From Setoptus koraiensis (Eukaryota; Animalia; Arthropoda), in NCBI GenBank assembly GCA_048013815.1, contig CM106585.1:8184001-8248000 (forward strand): a stretch of DNA of 64,000 nt, read 5' to 3'. The notes below the pieces were generated by a model, which was not told the origin of the DNA, did no database searches, and worked only from the letters and a program-made list of their open reading frames with translations. A program made the translations under genes and the position numbers. Below are positions 14,714 through 27,300 of the stretch, piece after piece (positions within the stretch are counted from its first letter, which is position 1; each line of letters starts with the position of its first letter).

Positions 14714-15046
14714 TCTTAATTATCTATTCTTTTGAATCGAAATTGTGTTACTCGAGCCAAATCAGAAACATTAATGACTGGTAGAGAGTAGAGATAGTCC
14801 AGCTTGTATTAATCCAGCGCGCGACAAACTCAATCAATGAAGAGTCCAAAAGATATATCAATAATCAACAAGAATATGTAGCGCGTGAATTATTCTATGA
14901 AGTGTACGTTATATGATTCAGACTGTCTATGAAATATACTGCATATGAAATGTACTTCGATGAAGTGTACCTTCTATGAAATGTACGTTGATGAAACGAC
15001 CCAGACCCGAATCACGAGATGAGTATCTCAGCTTCTGTCAACTCTA

Positions 15047-15110
15047 GTTGGTTGGTTGGTTGGTTGGTTGGTTAGTTGGTTGGTTGGTTGGTTAGTTGGT
15101 TAGTTGGTTG
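15047..15110. repeat. (GGTT)n / GTTA-interrupted tetranucleotide microsatellite
   Basis: Direct reading; about 30 bp beyond the right TSD of the MULE. Confidence 0.9.
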
Positions 15111-15119
15111 TCAGTCGAT

Positions 15120-15559
15120 TCTTTGGCTCTGTAAGTTGCTGCGCCTTCGTCATCAAGTGGGTGCCACTCCTTGAAGAAGTCCCCTTCTCCTGGTTCAAAT
15201 TTTGGGCCAACGACGATTTTTGGTCTTTAACGGGTATTATTCGTATCCCGGACTTTGTACTCAGAACAGTGATACGGAGAAGGCTCGAAAACCTGGCGAA
15301 AGGCCCTCGACATTTAGTATGACCTATTTTGTTCATTAATCGTTCTCGGAAGGCTTCGCATATGAACAGGAGGGCGATGACGACGACGGACCATTCAATG
15401 AAACTCCTTGCCTTTGCCATTGATTATGTTCCACACTGTACCGTAGGCATTGGGAATCTTCTCTTTTTCAAATACATCAATAATTGCTCGTATAGAATAC
15501 CCTAGTTTGTTAAGCTGCTCGACCCGGCTCTCTAATTTAATTGAGCTCAGTGAGTTCAT
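15120..15559 (-). mobile_element. Degenerate N-terminal (HTH) fragment of an IS630-Tc1-mariner-type transposase
   Basis: From ATG 15559: MNSLSSIKLESRVEQLNKLGYSIRAIIDVFEKEKIPNAYGTVWNIINGKGK, a helix-turn-helix pattern typical of ITm transposase N-termini. It is followed by in-frame stops and ends at a microsatellite. TIRs not identified. Confidence 0.5.
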
Positions 15560-16475
15560 CTCTAGACTCTTGAAAATGAAAAATGGGGTGTTGTAGCGAT
15601 TAGTGACCCAGTCGGATTTCGATGAAACTTCACACTCAGAGCCCGTAGGGCCTATGATCGAAAATCTCAGGGGTCTGGGAGTGCGGGAACGTCCGGTTCC
15701 GGTTTTACAAAAACTTTGAGATACAGATTTGAAACTCACTACACAACTGAAATTGTGCATGCGGAGTACGATCACGTCAAGTCTGTACGACTTCCGGCTC
15801 ACGAGATATTTGGTTAAAACTGCTGAGAAGGCGTTGACAGCTTTTTTTAAGTGGCTCACAAGGTAAACCTCTTTTCCGGGTACACTCAAATGAAACAAAC
15901 TCTGGCCAAAATCGACTCTCCAGATTAAACTGGACAAGAAAAGGTCTATTAGAAATCCACGTTTTTTGAAATTTTTGCAATATTGACATGATTTCAATTA
16001 TAGTGAACGTCTATGTAATGTTTATTGTTCTTTTCATCGTCGTCGGGGCATGGTATGATTAGAAATTGTTCGTTACCGTCACACCAGAGAAGGGAAATTT
16101 TTCGACCAACATCCGAAAGTAAACTCAAAAGTGACCCTCCTGAGAAAACCACACGGTTAATAGCTCAAAGTACCGAGTTTGGCGTTGCCCGGCAACATAT
16201 TCAAGTTGTGAAAACACATGCAGATGCTGTATATAATTGCAGGTAATGAAAGTCTTATTGCGAGTGATACTTTATTGCGAAAAATTGGATTTGATTTGAG
16301 TTTGAATTTGATCTTGTCCAACACTGTGTAGAATTAATTAATAAACTGCCACCACGACTAAATTCATTTGTGTGTGGTGATCTCGAAAAAACTATATCAT
16401 ATGCTTGAATTGGTAACAAATTGTATTGTGTTTAGTTGTTGTTGTGACAAATGTACAGAGAGAAAGCTCACTCAA

Positions 16476-18545
16476 TCATGGCTCAAAGAGATTTCTAATA
16501 TCCAGAACTATTGTTATCTCTGTCAATATTTGCCTCAAAATTGGATGATGTATTAATTCCATTTCTGGTAGGTTCGGTTGAGCTCTAGGTGCGTACATGT
16601 TTGTCCTAAATAATCTATGCGTCTTCATGACTATAAAACAAAATATGAATCTAAATATAATAGATCTCAAAAAGTCATCGGCAAAAAATGCCACATAAGT
16701 TGGATGAATTGATCTCGATTGCATGACTATCTTGCCTAACTCTGTATTGAATTTATCTAGATAGGCCTGACTTTCGCGCCAATCATGCTCAGATAATTCA
16801 ATAATGTTGGACATTATACAGAGGGCAGTTATCGGGCAATGCAAGAACATTGTAAATAATGAACCTCTTAGATTGTCATTGAATGGTGCAGGGCATTCGC
16901 TGGGCGACATTAAAACTAGCAACGGCAAACCAAAATGGCGTGGCACATGCTGAAAGGCGTAACTATTGTCGCTATCTACAATAACAATTAGCGGTTTCCT
17001 TAAAAATGGATATAAGTCGCCTGGGTGTAAGCAATTCATTTGCTTAAAATGTATGGACTGAGATCTAGTATTATTTAGTTCGTTGTTTTGGTTGTTGCTA
17101 GCTCGTTTGGAGCTAGTGACAACGCCGCCAAAATCGTAACCAAGATCCTCTGCATCATTTGTTTGCACTGGAAAACAACCATCGGCCGACAAATACAACA
17201 ACAGCACACCGTTTTGTGGTAGTTCCTTGAATCCCGATGCCAATACTAAATATAATTGACTAAATGTGGGCTTGTATAATGCATATTTGAGCGGACTAGC
17301 TAAAGAATTGTTGTTGTTGTTTGGCTTCCTCAAATTACTGAATGCTGCTGCTGAATCATTTCTATTGTTTAAGTAGCCAGGAGCAATGGAAGAGCCAGGC
17401 CTAAATATTGTTGTGGGTGAGCTAACTTCCATTTTGTCATTTGGTTCTCTTTCTAATATTTGCAACATCCTAAACATATCCACAGTTAGTTCACTAAATT
17501 TTATTTGTCTTTGACAATTGCCTACAATAATTGCCTCATATAGGAACAAATTGCTGGTTGGCGTCTTAACAGCTGGTGGTATATTAGAGTGGCTACCTAA
17601 ACGACGACCAATTGTCACAGGAGTGGAATCTGGCCCTATTATAGTGACCAGACTTTCGGCCTCAATAAATGCTTTGATCTCTTGTAAAACCATCGACCAT
17701 TCCAGCTGGCTATCTGGCTCATAGCTATTATGATAATCCATAATGGTTTGTCCGAATTCTCTGACTAAATCTCTGACTAGTTTCATTTTTTTCAGAAGCA
17801 ATCCCACAACAATATATCTGGCATAATAGCGCAACTTCTTAATAATAAGCCCCGCTCTACCATCTTTATTTATGATGTTATAATATCCACGAGATCTGAT
17901 GGCCGCATAAAAGTTGCAGGCTTCATTTAAATAGCTACAATCACTGGTGCGGAGGCTATACACAATACAATAATGATTAGGTGATAATGATGATCAAGAT
18001 GGAAGAAAAGATTATGACATCATTAATCAATTGTGTTGCAACAACAAAAAATATAGTCTATTGGCTATAGTTTGTGTCAGGTATATTGTTAACGTTATAT
18101 CGACTTATGTAGTGCTACTTACTAATAATGATAATACAATTGTCCTATCTTGGAGGCGATCTCACCTATCTGCCAACGCTTCAAGCCATACTTGGTGTCC
18201 AGGATGTGCCTATGTTGCTGTTGGAACCTCCACAGTTTTGTGTAAGCATTGAAAGCACTCTCAAAATGAGCTTGCCAGCCTTTGTAGCCTACCTGAGGCA
18301 GGTCTCTGAAGACAAAAAGAAGGAACAAGATAGATTGATCGTTTGAGTATATTCACTATTGATCTAACCATTCATAATCTTCATATTCATTTTGAGTATT
18401 CCGGACTTTTTTGGAGGACTTACCTCAACCCATTGAACAATTGCCTAGACTCATCGTAGAGACAACAAAATTCGGTAACAACTTTAGGATCTTGCTCACT
18501 GTTATTAGAATTTTGTCCATTGTTTTCGTATTCGACTACTGCCAT
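16476..18545 (-). CDS. SCAI: Protein SCAI (suppressor of cancer cell invasion) homolog. Exons 18424-18545 (or further upstream), 18123-18305, 16476-17955
   Basis: The spliced product contains KVVTEFCCLYDESRQLFNGLRDLPQVG, YGLKRWQIGEIASKIGQLYYHYYLRTSD, KYALYKPTFSQL, LLLYLSADG, LHPGDLYPFLRKPLIVIVDSDNS and FFADDFLR, all characteristic SCAI motifs. GT-AG junctions have matching phase 2. 18545 is the only ATG in the first-exon frame. Confidence 0.93.
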
Positions 18546-19575
18546 TCGATGATATCTTGACGCACCAGTAGCTCTGTGATAATTGTGCTGACCATAAGCT
18601 GTAGACAATTGATTGGCACTCGACGGTTGCTGATACTGATAGCGGTGGCGTTGCGAATGATAGTCCTGACCAACACTATATGTTCTATTTGGCGAATATT
18701 GTTGTTGGTGTCCTAGTAAATAACTGTCGTCTCGATAATATCTATTATTATAGGGTCCTGTCGAGGATTCGTTGTAGTTGTTGTTGTTAAAATAAATTCC
18801 AGATGCATCAAAATCGTTCGTTGGTCTATAGTAGCGTCTCTCATCAAAAGTTAGACGAGAGGCCGATTTGTAATACTGTCTGTCGGTCAATTGATTCTGT
18901 TGTTGCGCTTGTAGTTGTTGCAGGACAGGTGGTGGTAATGGCAACGAACGTTGATGAGGCAAGCGCCTAAATTGGGAAGGCAACGGTGCAATGGTTGCTG
19001 CTGATTGAGCCAACTGTTGTGTCGGATACAATTGCTGTTGTTGCTGTTGTTGATTGATATAGATTTGTGATTGATTTTTTGCTGATTGTTGTTGACCGTA
19101 CAAATTGTTGTTGGCTTGGCCTGTCAGTTGCTGATTAATTAATGCAGTCGGTGGCTGTTGAAGATTTGTTGAATATTGTTGCTGGTTGGCCTGTAAAAGA
19201 ATTGGATTTTGTTGCAGTTGTTGTTGGCTATTAATATTGCTTATAGGTTGTTGGTTAGTGGGATTTCTGCAGACGGTTTGCAATGTGTTAGGCTGGCCGA
19301 AAGGCTGGTTCGGTTGCTGTAAATTGAGCTGTTGTTGGGGTAGTTGCTGTTGTTGTAGTTGCTGCAGTTGTTGCAGTTGCTGCAGTTGTTGTAGTTGTTG
19401 CAGTTGCTGTAATTGTTGCTGTTGTTGTTGAAGTTGTTGTTGTTGCTGGACTAGAGGTTGCTGGAGGTTGGCACAGTTCAGATTCTGTTGCTGTAGTTGC
19501 TGTCCAGTCTGCTGCTGTTGTTGTTGTATTTGGAGTGGCTGCTGTTGTTGCTGCTGGTTCACTTGGTGCTGCTGC

Positions 19576-19612
<37 letters not shown>

Positions 19613-19688
19613 GCTGGCCTGGCTGGAATCTACTTAATAAACTACTACTAATGGGGAAGCTGCTCTTAGTGTTGAAAAACGTGGTGAA
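18546..19688 (-). CDS. Q/N/Y-rich open frame continuous with SCAI exon 1 (probable N-terminal extension); start not established
   Basis: Stop-free from 19688 into SCAI, with no ATG before 18545 (the ORF-track start at 19562 is GTG). Content is polyQ tracts followed by an R/Y/D-rich segment (RRYYRPTNDFDASG, RYYRDDSYLLG). Confidence 0.6.
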
Positions 19689-20479
19689 TTATTTGATTAT
19701 CGCGCTCCAATCTAGAAAATAACCAATAGACAGAGAGATCTTGCTCACTGACGCAAGAATGTGATGAATGATTACATACGGTATGACCAAGTCTGATTTG
19801 GGCTATTCATTCACTTATAGCGATTCTCTCTGATTATTCTCTTGTTGTCGTCGGCTGATAGTTGCAAAATTATATATTATATATAGTATTTTGTAAATAT
19901 ATTCTCATATGTATACATAGTAATTGAAAGCCTCATTTGCATTGCGGTTCGTGCGCGCCTAATAATTGGATAGTTGGGCTCCCAGTTGCACTACGACATG
20001 ACAGGCTGTGCATATAGGCTACACCTAAACTGGCCTCAAATAAATAAATTCTATTCTTCTAAGATTTACTATTCGCTTGTTATTGTTATTTGTATTTGTG
20101 TTTGAAATTTTATTATTTTTATTATTTTATATTTATTTTCACTATGTTTATACAAATGGAACTAATGGTATGGAGACGACGGTGCCCCAACAGCGCCACT
20201 CGCGACGCTAACCAAAACAACGAGCACCACCAATACTGCACACAATTGCACCAAAATTGCACAACCGCACAAGCTCGTGCCAGCCAATATGTGTGTCCTG
20301 TGCCGTTTGTGCGTGCGCCTCCATTTATACAATAACTAGTAACTAGTAATGCTAGGCTTGTGTATACAAAACCAGCATCACGCAGCATTACGCGACTGCT
20401 CAATCGCGCGCTCATTCACGCTATTTGGCGCACTTTGTTCAATTGCGCAGTTGGCCTCCCCAGTTGTGCTGCTTGTGAA

Positions 20480-20519
<40 letters not shown>

Positions 20520-21960
20520 GTCCCCAACGCCCAAAAGCCCAAAAGCGCCCCAAATAAAAGTGTCAGAGGTGGGTCGCGTAACGCGCCAACACGGAGCCGT
20601 GAGTGTTTTAGACTTTATAGTGTATACACGTTGAAATATTGATTGTATAACTGGCAGCGCAACTGCTGCCGCCAGACCGCCAGCGGTGCTGTGAGCGACA
20701 GCGAGAGACAGGTAAATTGTGTTTACTCTAGCTGGCCCCAGTGTTGGCGTCAACTGGCACAGCTTGTAGGGTTGGTAAAGTTAAAAAAAGAACGCTCCGA
20801 TTGTGCACAGAATGTGCTCGCGCGTGTGTGCAACGCACTGCGCTGGCCCCATGTGCACAAGTGTGCCGCCTCACCGTTAACTAGAACTGGGGCCTGGGCC
20901 CGGTTCCTGTGCCGTGGGCTGGAGCGGACGAGCGGCGGCGATAGCTTCCGTTGTAATTGTTGCCAGGAATGCGAGCGAATAAACAATGCACACATAATGG
21001 AGAAAAAGATGCACAACGGGGGCGCCGGCGGGGGAAACAGGAAAGGATAGTGCTCTTGATCGAAGATAGCGACCCATATCGCACCTATCGAGCATTATTA
21101 AACACACTTGTGACAAGAACAGGCGGCTCGCTGGCTGGCTTTGTTGCTCGACATTCGCGCAGTCTGGCACCTAGCGAGCTAGCGCGTCACTCGCCACTGC
21201 CGGGCCGGTGGGGCCCGTGTGATGGTGGAGTATCAATTTTCATCAAGTGGTGGTCAAGTCGAGTCGCCAGACAAAAGATGAGCGTTGCTCGGCGTCAACT
21301 TGAACATCACGTCCTCCCGATAACACAATTTTGGGCGCAAATCGACGCGCCTCTTACCTAAGCTCCATGTTATGGTCTGTTAAAAAAAGACAGCAACAAC
21401 TCGTCGGGCTTGTCGCCGACAAGAGTTGCCCAAAAGCGCTCGTGAGTGTGCATCACGTGAGGCCATTCCAATGAATAGACACACTGTTCGATAGCGATGG
21501 GCAACCGAACGAAACTGGCCGCTCGTGCCGCGCATGGTCGGGGCCGTTGAGCGAGAGCTGGTGTGCATGCCGGACGGGCCCGGTCTCATCTGGCAAGGCG
21601 CACCCTTTTGTCGAGGAAAACGTCTTTGCACCAAACTGTCGCATTTTCCGATGGCTACGATCGAGGGGAGAAAAAAGAGCTGCACCAAAATCTATCACAG
21701 ATCAAATTTTGCACCAATCAACTAACTCTTGCTTTTGTTGACAGTTTTGTTTGTTCTGTGTGGAGGCATCAGCTCTAACAAATTGCAAATACACGTGGCT
21801 CATGAGCACTTTCGTATAGCGATCGGGGTAATCGGGGTTTTTGTTGAATCGCTTTCACTATGAAGACAGCAAAAGGCCGGATACTGGTAGAGAATAATTT
21901 AAAGTTCCATCTCGATCACAATGATGATGGCTGCCAGACCAGACTCAGAAACCGAGAAAA

Positions 21961-22920
21961 ATGTCAACAAAATTGTTAGAGAGATTATTCGACGAAACCA
22001 TACGACTTGAAGCTTTCTTGCGCGCGAAAAACACTGCTCGAAATATGGATCAAAGCGAAGGCATAATGATTGAGGAAATCAAGACCCATCTTGCAAAAAT
22101 CCAACATGTTCAACGAAAGATGCAGCTTCACGCTTCAGGATACCTTTGTCTTGGGGCCTAGGTTTGGCAGATATTTCACGATCACTTGGGTCGGTGAATA
22201 TATGTCTTTTGTTGTAGTCTGTCTCAATAGGTTCGATATTATTCGCGCTTCTTTCATCCAATTCAGCCATCTGGCAACTTTGGGCTGCACTCTTGGTGGT
22301 TCTTGAATGCCTCGACGGGCATTAGGTCTTCACAATATTAACACATGTATTTTTCAAGTTTTCGAACACTAGATTGGCCAGCTTGTTTGAGCCAAATTGG
22401 TTATTGGTGCGAGTTTCAGTGCAATATTTGTTTGGGCATGTGGTGCCGCTGATTACGGACTAATTCCTAATACAATCGAGGCAGAATGACTTATCGCAAC
22501 CTAAATGTTGTTTGGTGTCTGAAGACAATGATGGACAAATGTTACAGGTTGTTGGCATAATGAATGGACGAGATGATTTGCCACTGATAAGGGTGCCACC
22601 GAACACAAGAATAGATCTAACTTATTACATTGAATGTGTTGCTACGCTTTCTATGACCTAGAGGCTATCAAGGCTAGTGGGTGCCCAGGTGAAATGTACA
22701 GAATTTTAATGCATCATGATGGTGTATTCTTGCACATTTGTAGGTATACCCGAGACGAGATTTTGTCGCTGGATAGTTCTCTCGAATTTCAACTCATAGG
22801 TAAAGAGGACCTTCCCTCCCCTAAGTGGGCCAGCGCATCACCATTTGTTTCAGGTATTTGAAACATGCCATTCTCTCGAAGCACTCGTCACCAATGCACC
22901 ATGTTCACCCAGGTTAATGC
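21961..22920 (+). mobile_element. Decayed IS630-Tc1-mariner-type transposase relic
   Basis: Broken frames give MSTKLLERLF... (HTH-like), MLQVVGIMNGRDDLPLIRVPPNTRIDLTYYIECV (22539-), GCPGEMYRILMHHDGVFLHICRYTRDEI...IGKEDLPSPKWASASPF and RYLKHAIL. These follow the order of the conserved ITm blocks (G.LPL..VP...+N..YY..V; HHD...H; SPD.SP.DF; YLK). Multiple stops and frameshifts. Confidence 0.7.
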
Positions 22921-22949
22921 TGCATTTACTGGCTGGCGTTTCCGCTCAA

Positions 22950-23690
22950 GAGTCAGTCGAGCCCCATAAGGCAATCTCTGACACGGCAAACCCTTTCAGC
23001 ATGACACTGATTCCAACGTAACTCTGAATTCCGCTGTGAGTCAGGTCACAGAAATGCACAAAACATGAAGCAAACAAGATCAAATTAGTTATAATTTGAT
23101 AGCCAACTTTAGTCAGACCATACAATAATCCAACTTATCTGGCAGTACCTCGATCTATGAAGTCTGCCAGATTCACGTATACTCTCCATATTGTTCCATT
23201 CAGGTTGGAATTGTGCTTCACATTGGTTTTTGGCCAATTATTGTGTGGGTAGACATTAGACTCCAATGATTAGAGTGTGACTCGAACTGTTTGCATAGTT
23301 TTACCCACACGAGTAGGATTTTGAATTCAATCCTTTTCCATATACCTACATATTTGTCTGTTGTAATCCATAAAATAGGTTCTGCCGAGATCTAGCACTG
23401 GGGCCTCATGATCGGCAATCATAGTCAGTATAAAGCTCATCAGCGTTAACGTTGCATTGAACAACGACCATTGTGTCATTGTGCATTTTCTATTTGTCAC
23501 GAATACTTGACGAATATTTGGCTTCTTGGTTTTGACGAGCTGGCTTCCTGTTGTTGTCAATACATAATTGTTGTAATAGTAGGCCTTTGCAAGCCAAAGT
23601 TGCACACCAGATAAAGGTGTTTGGCGCCAGATGGATGCGCCAAGCAACTTTGAATGCTCGTTGTAGCCGCAACGAGCAATCGGGCCCAAT
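22950..23690 (-). mobile_element. Possible second, more decayed ITm transposase relic in opposite orientation
   Basis: ORF 23327-23689 has LVKTKKP...RKCT...ILTMIADHEA...RQICRY. This loosely resembles the region around the first catalytic Asp of this family. Weak similarity only. Confidence 0.3.
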
Positions 23691-24292
23691 GAAAGTGATA
23701 ATGGATAAGATAATGGGGCCCCGATGAGAGTTGCGCTGCGTGTTCAGCACGCATCAGGCCACGGCTCGGTTTGGCAGACGTCATTGATGGAGCACGCCAC
23801 TAGATGAAACCACAAAGGGAAAAATCTGTGAGATATTGTCAGATCGCTGGATATATTGAGTTTGAGCGTGAGTAGTGTAGTCTCGCAGGAATAAATATAA
23901 GCCTGTATCTATCTATTTGCGAGAAGTGTTGCCCATGGTGCCCCACTAACGATATAATGTAGAAACTGTTGGTACGGCATGCATAATAGTTTGCACGACA
24001 TTGCCTCACCGTTACGAGTCAGTTGGGGTATTACTGGAGTGCGGACAGTGTGGCCTTGTATTCTTTTATCCAAGCACCAACATTAGAGTCAGGCAACATC
24101 TCTCCACTCGAGTGTCTGTCTGGCCGCTCACAAAGCTTTGTGAGGCTGGCTGGTTGTGGGGGGCCCGGCATGTGTCAGAGCGGCGATACACGTTGGTGTA
24201 CAGTAACAGTTGAGCGGAGTAACGGTGCCCGTTGCATCATCAGCGGCTTCTTATCGTTTCGGGTTTCGTTTCGTTTGGTTTTTTGTTTTTGT

Positions 24293-24301
24293 TGTTGTTG
24301 T

Positions 24302-24354
<53 letters not shown>

Positions 24355-24375
24355 TTGTTGTTGTTGCTGTTGTTG
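24293..24375. repeat. GTT/GCT trinucleotide tract (CAA/CAG on the minus strand)
   Basis: Direct reading. It could be polyQ in an unrecognised minus-strand exon, but no convincing splice context was found. Confidence 0.9.
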
Positions 24376-27300
24376 TTTCAATGTATGACGTGTCTGGCGT
24401 GCGAGCCCACTCACTATGCACGCCGTCTGGTATCTCGCCTGTCATGTTCAGCGAGCCAGCCTGACAAGGGCCACTGTGACGGCCACGTTGTGAGGCGCTC
24501 GTTGTGGCGCCCCAATTGGAGCCAACGCCGGCCGCTTCAATTGTCCGGCTGGCACAAGCACACAAATCATAATGATGCTTACGCATTGTTCCATGCTATG
24601 CGTTTTGCGTCTCACCTGGCCCCCGCGAGGCTTCACTCGGCTGGCCGGCGCAATTGCTACTCATCTTGCTCTGATTAGCTAACGATGAATGCAAACGAGA
24701 CGCTCTCACGTCTCAACTCATCATCACCGTCTCGCGGAGCCAGATAGAAACAAGCGTGCGGCCCTACACTGTGAGCGAGCCGGCCGAGCGGCCAAGCGGG
24801 CGGCCGGCCGGCGCCTAGCGAGATTCACATGACTACAGCGAGACTACATGTACATTGTATTGCGTAACACATACACGCATACACAAAACAACATCTTGCC
24901 CATGAATGCCCAGAGATCCTCTTATACTAATGATACTCAAGTGAGCACACACTCACTCGCTGCCATTTGTCCGTCTTGAGTAATAATAATCCGTTGCCAT
25001 TAAAGAGCTGGCCGGCTGGCCCAATTTGCTGGCACACTTTTGGCTGCCCATTCACCTTTTATCGGCACGCGTTTGGCGCGTGCCCGTACCCGTACCCTGA
25101 CTCTTACCCTTACCATTACCCTTAACCCCTAGCCGCACGGCAATACAACATTGTGGCCGCCGCATTGTCGTATGGGTGGCCTAGATAAAGTTAGTTCGGT
25201 TGCCGGCTACTAGGCGCTACCACCAGACTGGCAGAGTGACTATTAAAAGAAGAGCACCAATTCAATATATATACTGGCTTGCAGTTCAATCATTATATCA
25301 GCAAACGACAGTGCACGGACGTCTCCACTTTGTGCGAGCCTGTCTCACCGGTCCTCACCGGTGCTCACTGGTCGTCCGCTGGTCATCGCTCTCATCGCAT
25401 GCAATTTTTATTATTGTTTGCCCAAGAGTGTGTCGGCCAGTCGACAGTTCACTGCCGCTTGATGGTGGGCTCGGCGGTCTCGACGGGCTCGTCGGACCGA
25501 GCTAGGTGCGCCGGCCGCAAGCCCCAAATCAGTTGTTTGCCATTGTCTGTTTGCTCTCTATTCGGCTGTGACGCAACGATGTAGTTGTTTAGTGATGGGG
25601 CCAGTTGCGACTTTGCCGACACATTAACGCTCAGCCGGCCCCCGCCAACAATGGCCCACGGCCAGCAACAAAACAAGGGATGTTGTCCGTGCGTGGGGCC
25701 AGCCGCCGCACACACTGTCGGCCCGCCGAATCGGCTCGGCCAGTCGGATGGGGTCGGCCCGCTGAATGGAGCCAGCCAGTGAGTCGTCAGTCAGTGACGA
25801 CGAGTAAGCCGCACAATATGCCGCCCAGAGCCGATAATATTGCGCAATCGCTCGCGCCCCATTCGAGCGCGCGTCGCGACATAAGCTGCTTAGGCGACTC
25901 ACAGAGCTCATCAAATGGCCAGAATCGGGCCGACTCATTGGCGCCAACGGGCCAACAGGATTACAAATAATCTGCGCTGATATGTGCTGGCAGCGGCAAC
26001 AAAAATATATAACGCACAAACACAAAAATATATAACGTATATATACAAGCAAAGATAAACGCAGCACAAATATCCAGTGGGCCAGCCGCGAGCGGGCCCC
26101 ATTGTGTGGCCGGCCGGGCCAGCGCTTGCGTATTTAATTCAGTTCAATGCCGGCCGCTTGTGCGACCGACAAGCGGCGCAGGGGGCGCCCACAACGACGC
26201 GGCCGCTCGTTGCTAATATGCGCTTTCTGGGAACGGGGCCCCATAAGCGGCGCTATGTTGGCACCATGTTGCACGCGGCCATAAACTATCCGAAGCCACC
26301 GATCAGCGCCACCAGCAGCGCTCAACGAGACGAAATTCGTTTCGAAACCAGCGAAAGCGGGAGAGAGCGGGAGAACGCGGGGGAAAGCGGGAGAACGCGG
26401 GAGAAACGGGCAGAAAAAAGAGCAGCCGAGTGAGCACACAAACAAAGACTCGTCATAGCGCTGGCTGGCGAGATCGGCGAGGCTGGCGAGACCGGCGAGA
26501 ATCGCATGCGCGCGCGGCGCGGCCATTACTCCCACGCAATTGTCGTGCCGCATGAGAGTGTCTGGGCTCGGGCAAGAAATCACGGCGCTGGCCCAGCGAG
26601 GCGCCAAGCGAGCGGCGACCGGGCAAGACCGCTCACTGTGATTGGTCGGCGGTTGCCTGATTATACTGGTCGCGTGCATTCGGTGCGTCAACTCAATTCT
26701 GGCTGCCCGATCACCCGATGACTCGCGGGCGGGCGGCTGGCAGGCCGGACGGACGGACGGGCGGACGGACGCGGGCACCCCTTCAGTGGTGGCGCTCGCA
26801 ACCACTATCTGCGCTCGCATGCTGCCAGATAATATCTGCTGGCATGCAAGTGCGGCGGGCCCCGTTGCCAGCATTTGCAATAGCAAATTGACTGTTGTTG
26901 CAACTTGCGGCCGCCGACAATGCGCGCCCCAACCAGCGACAAAACGAAATGAGGCCAGCCAGCCAGCCAGCCAGATCCGTGCCCGTACAGTCTACAGGCA
27001 CGGGCAAGTATGCAAGCCCGTGCATGCGGCCATCACATGCACGAGCAGCACCGGCCACACGTAATACTATTAGGGTAATATACCGAAAGGGGCCCCAACG
27101 GTCGGCCGGCCGGCTCCAATTAGTACGCGCGGGCCGGGGACGATCCCGAGGCCGTGTGTGTCTGGCGTGCACTGTCGGCGTCGTTTGGGCCCCATTTGGG
27201 CGATATCTGGCCGCGCACTGGCGCTGCAAAAGTGTGCATAGCGTGCCATTTTGTGCAAACTGCGTGTATCATGTTATACACTCGCCGGGCCCATCGGGGT

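Larger units (their letters stand above)
13448..15008 (-). mobile_element. Mutator-like (MULE) DNA transposon, 1561 bp, non-autonomous derivative
   Basis: Perfect 9-bp target-site duplication GAATCACGA at 13439-13447 and 15009-15017. The ends read GGGATACGGTCGTTTCATCAACGTACATTTCAT and, reverse-complemented, GGGTCTGGGTCGTTTCATCAACGTACATTTCAT. MULE transposase remnants lie inside. A 9-bp TSD with long TIRs is the established Mutator signature. Confidence 0.93.

Noticed and set aside
15047-15110. Telomere-like repeat
   Set aside because: The unit is GGTT/GTTA, not the arthropod TTAGG.
15395-15997. 200-aa ORF as an intact gene
   Set aside because: Only the last ~50 codons resemble a transposase HTH; the rest has no recognisable similarity.
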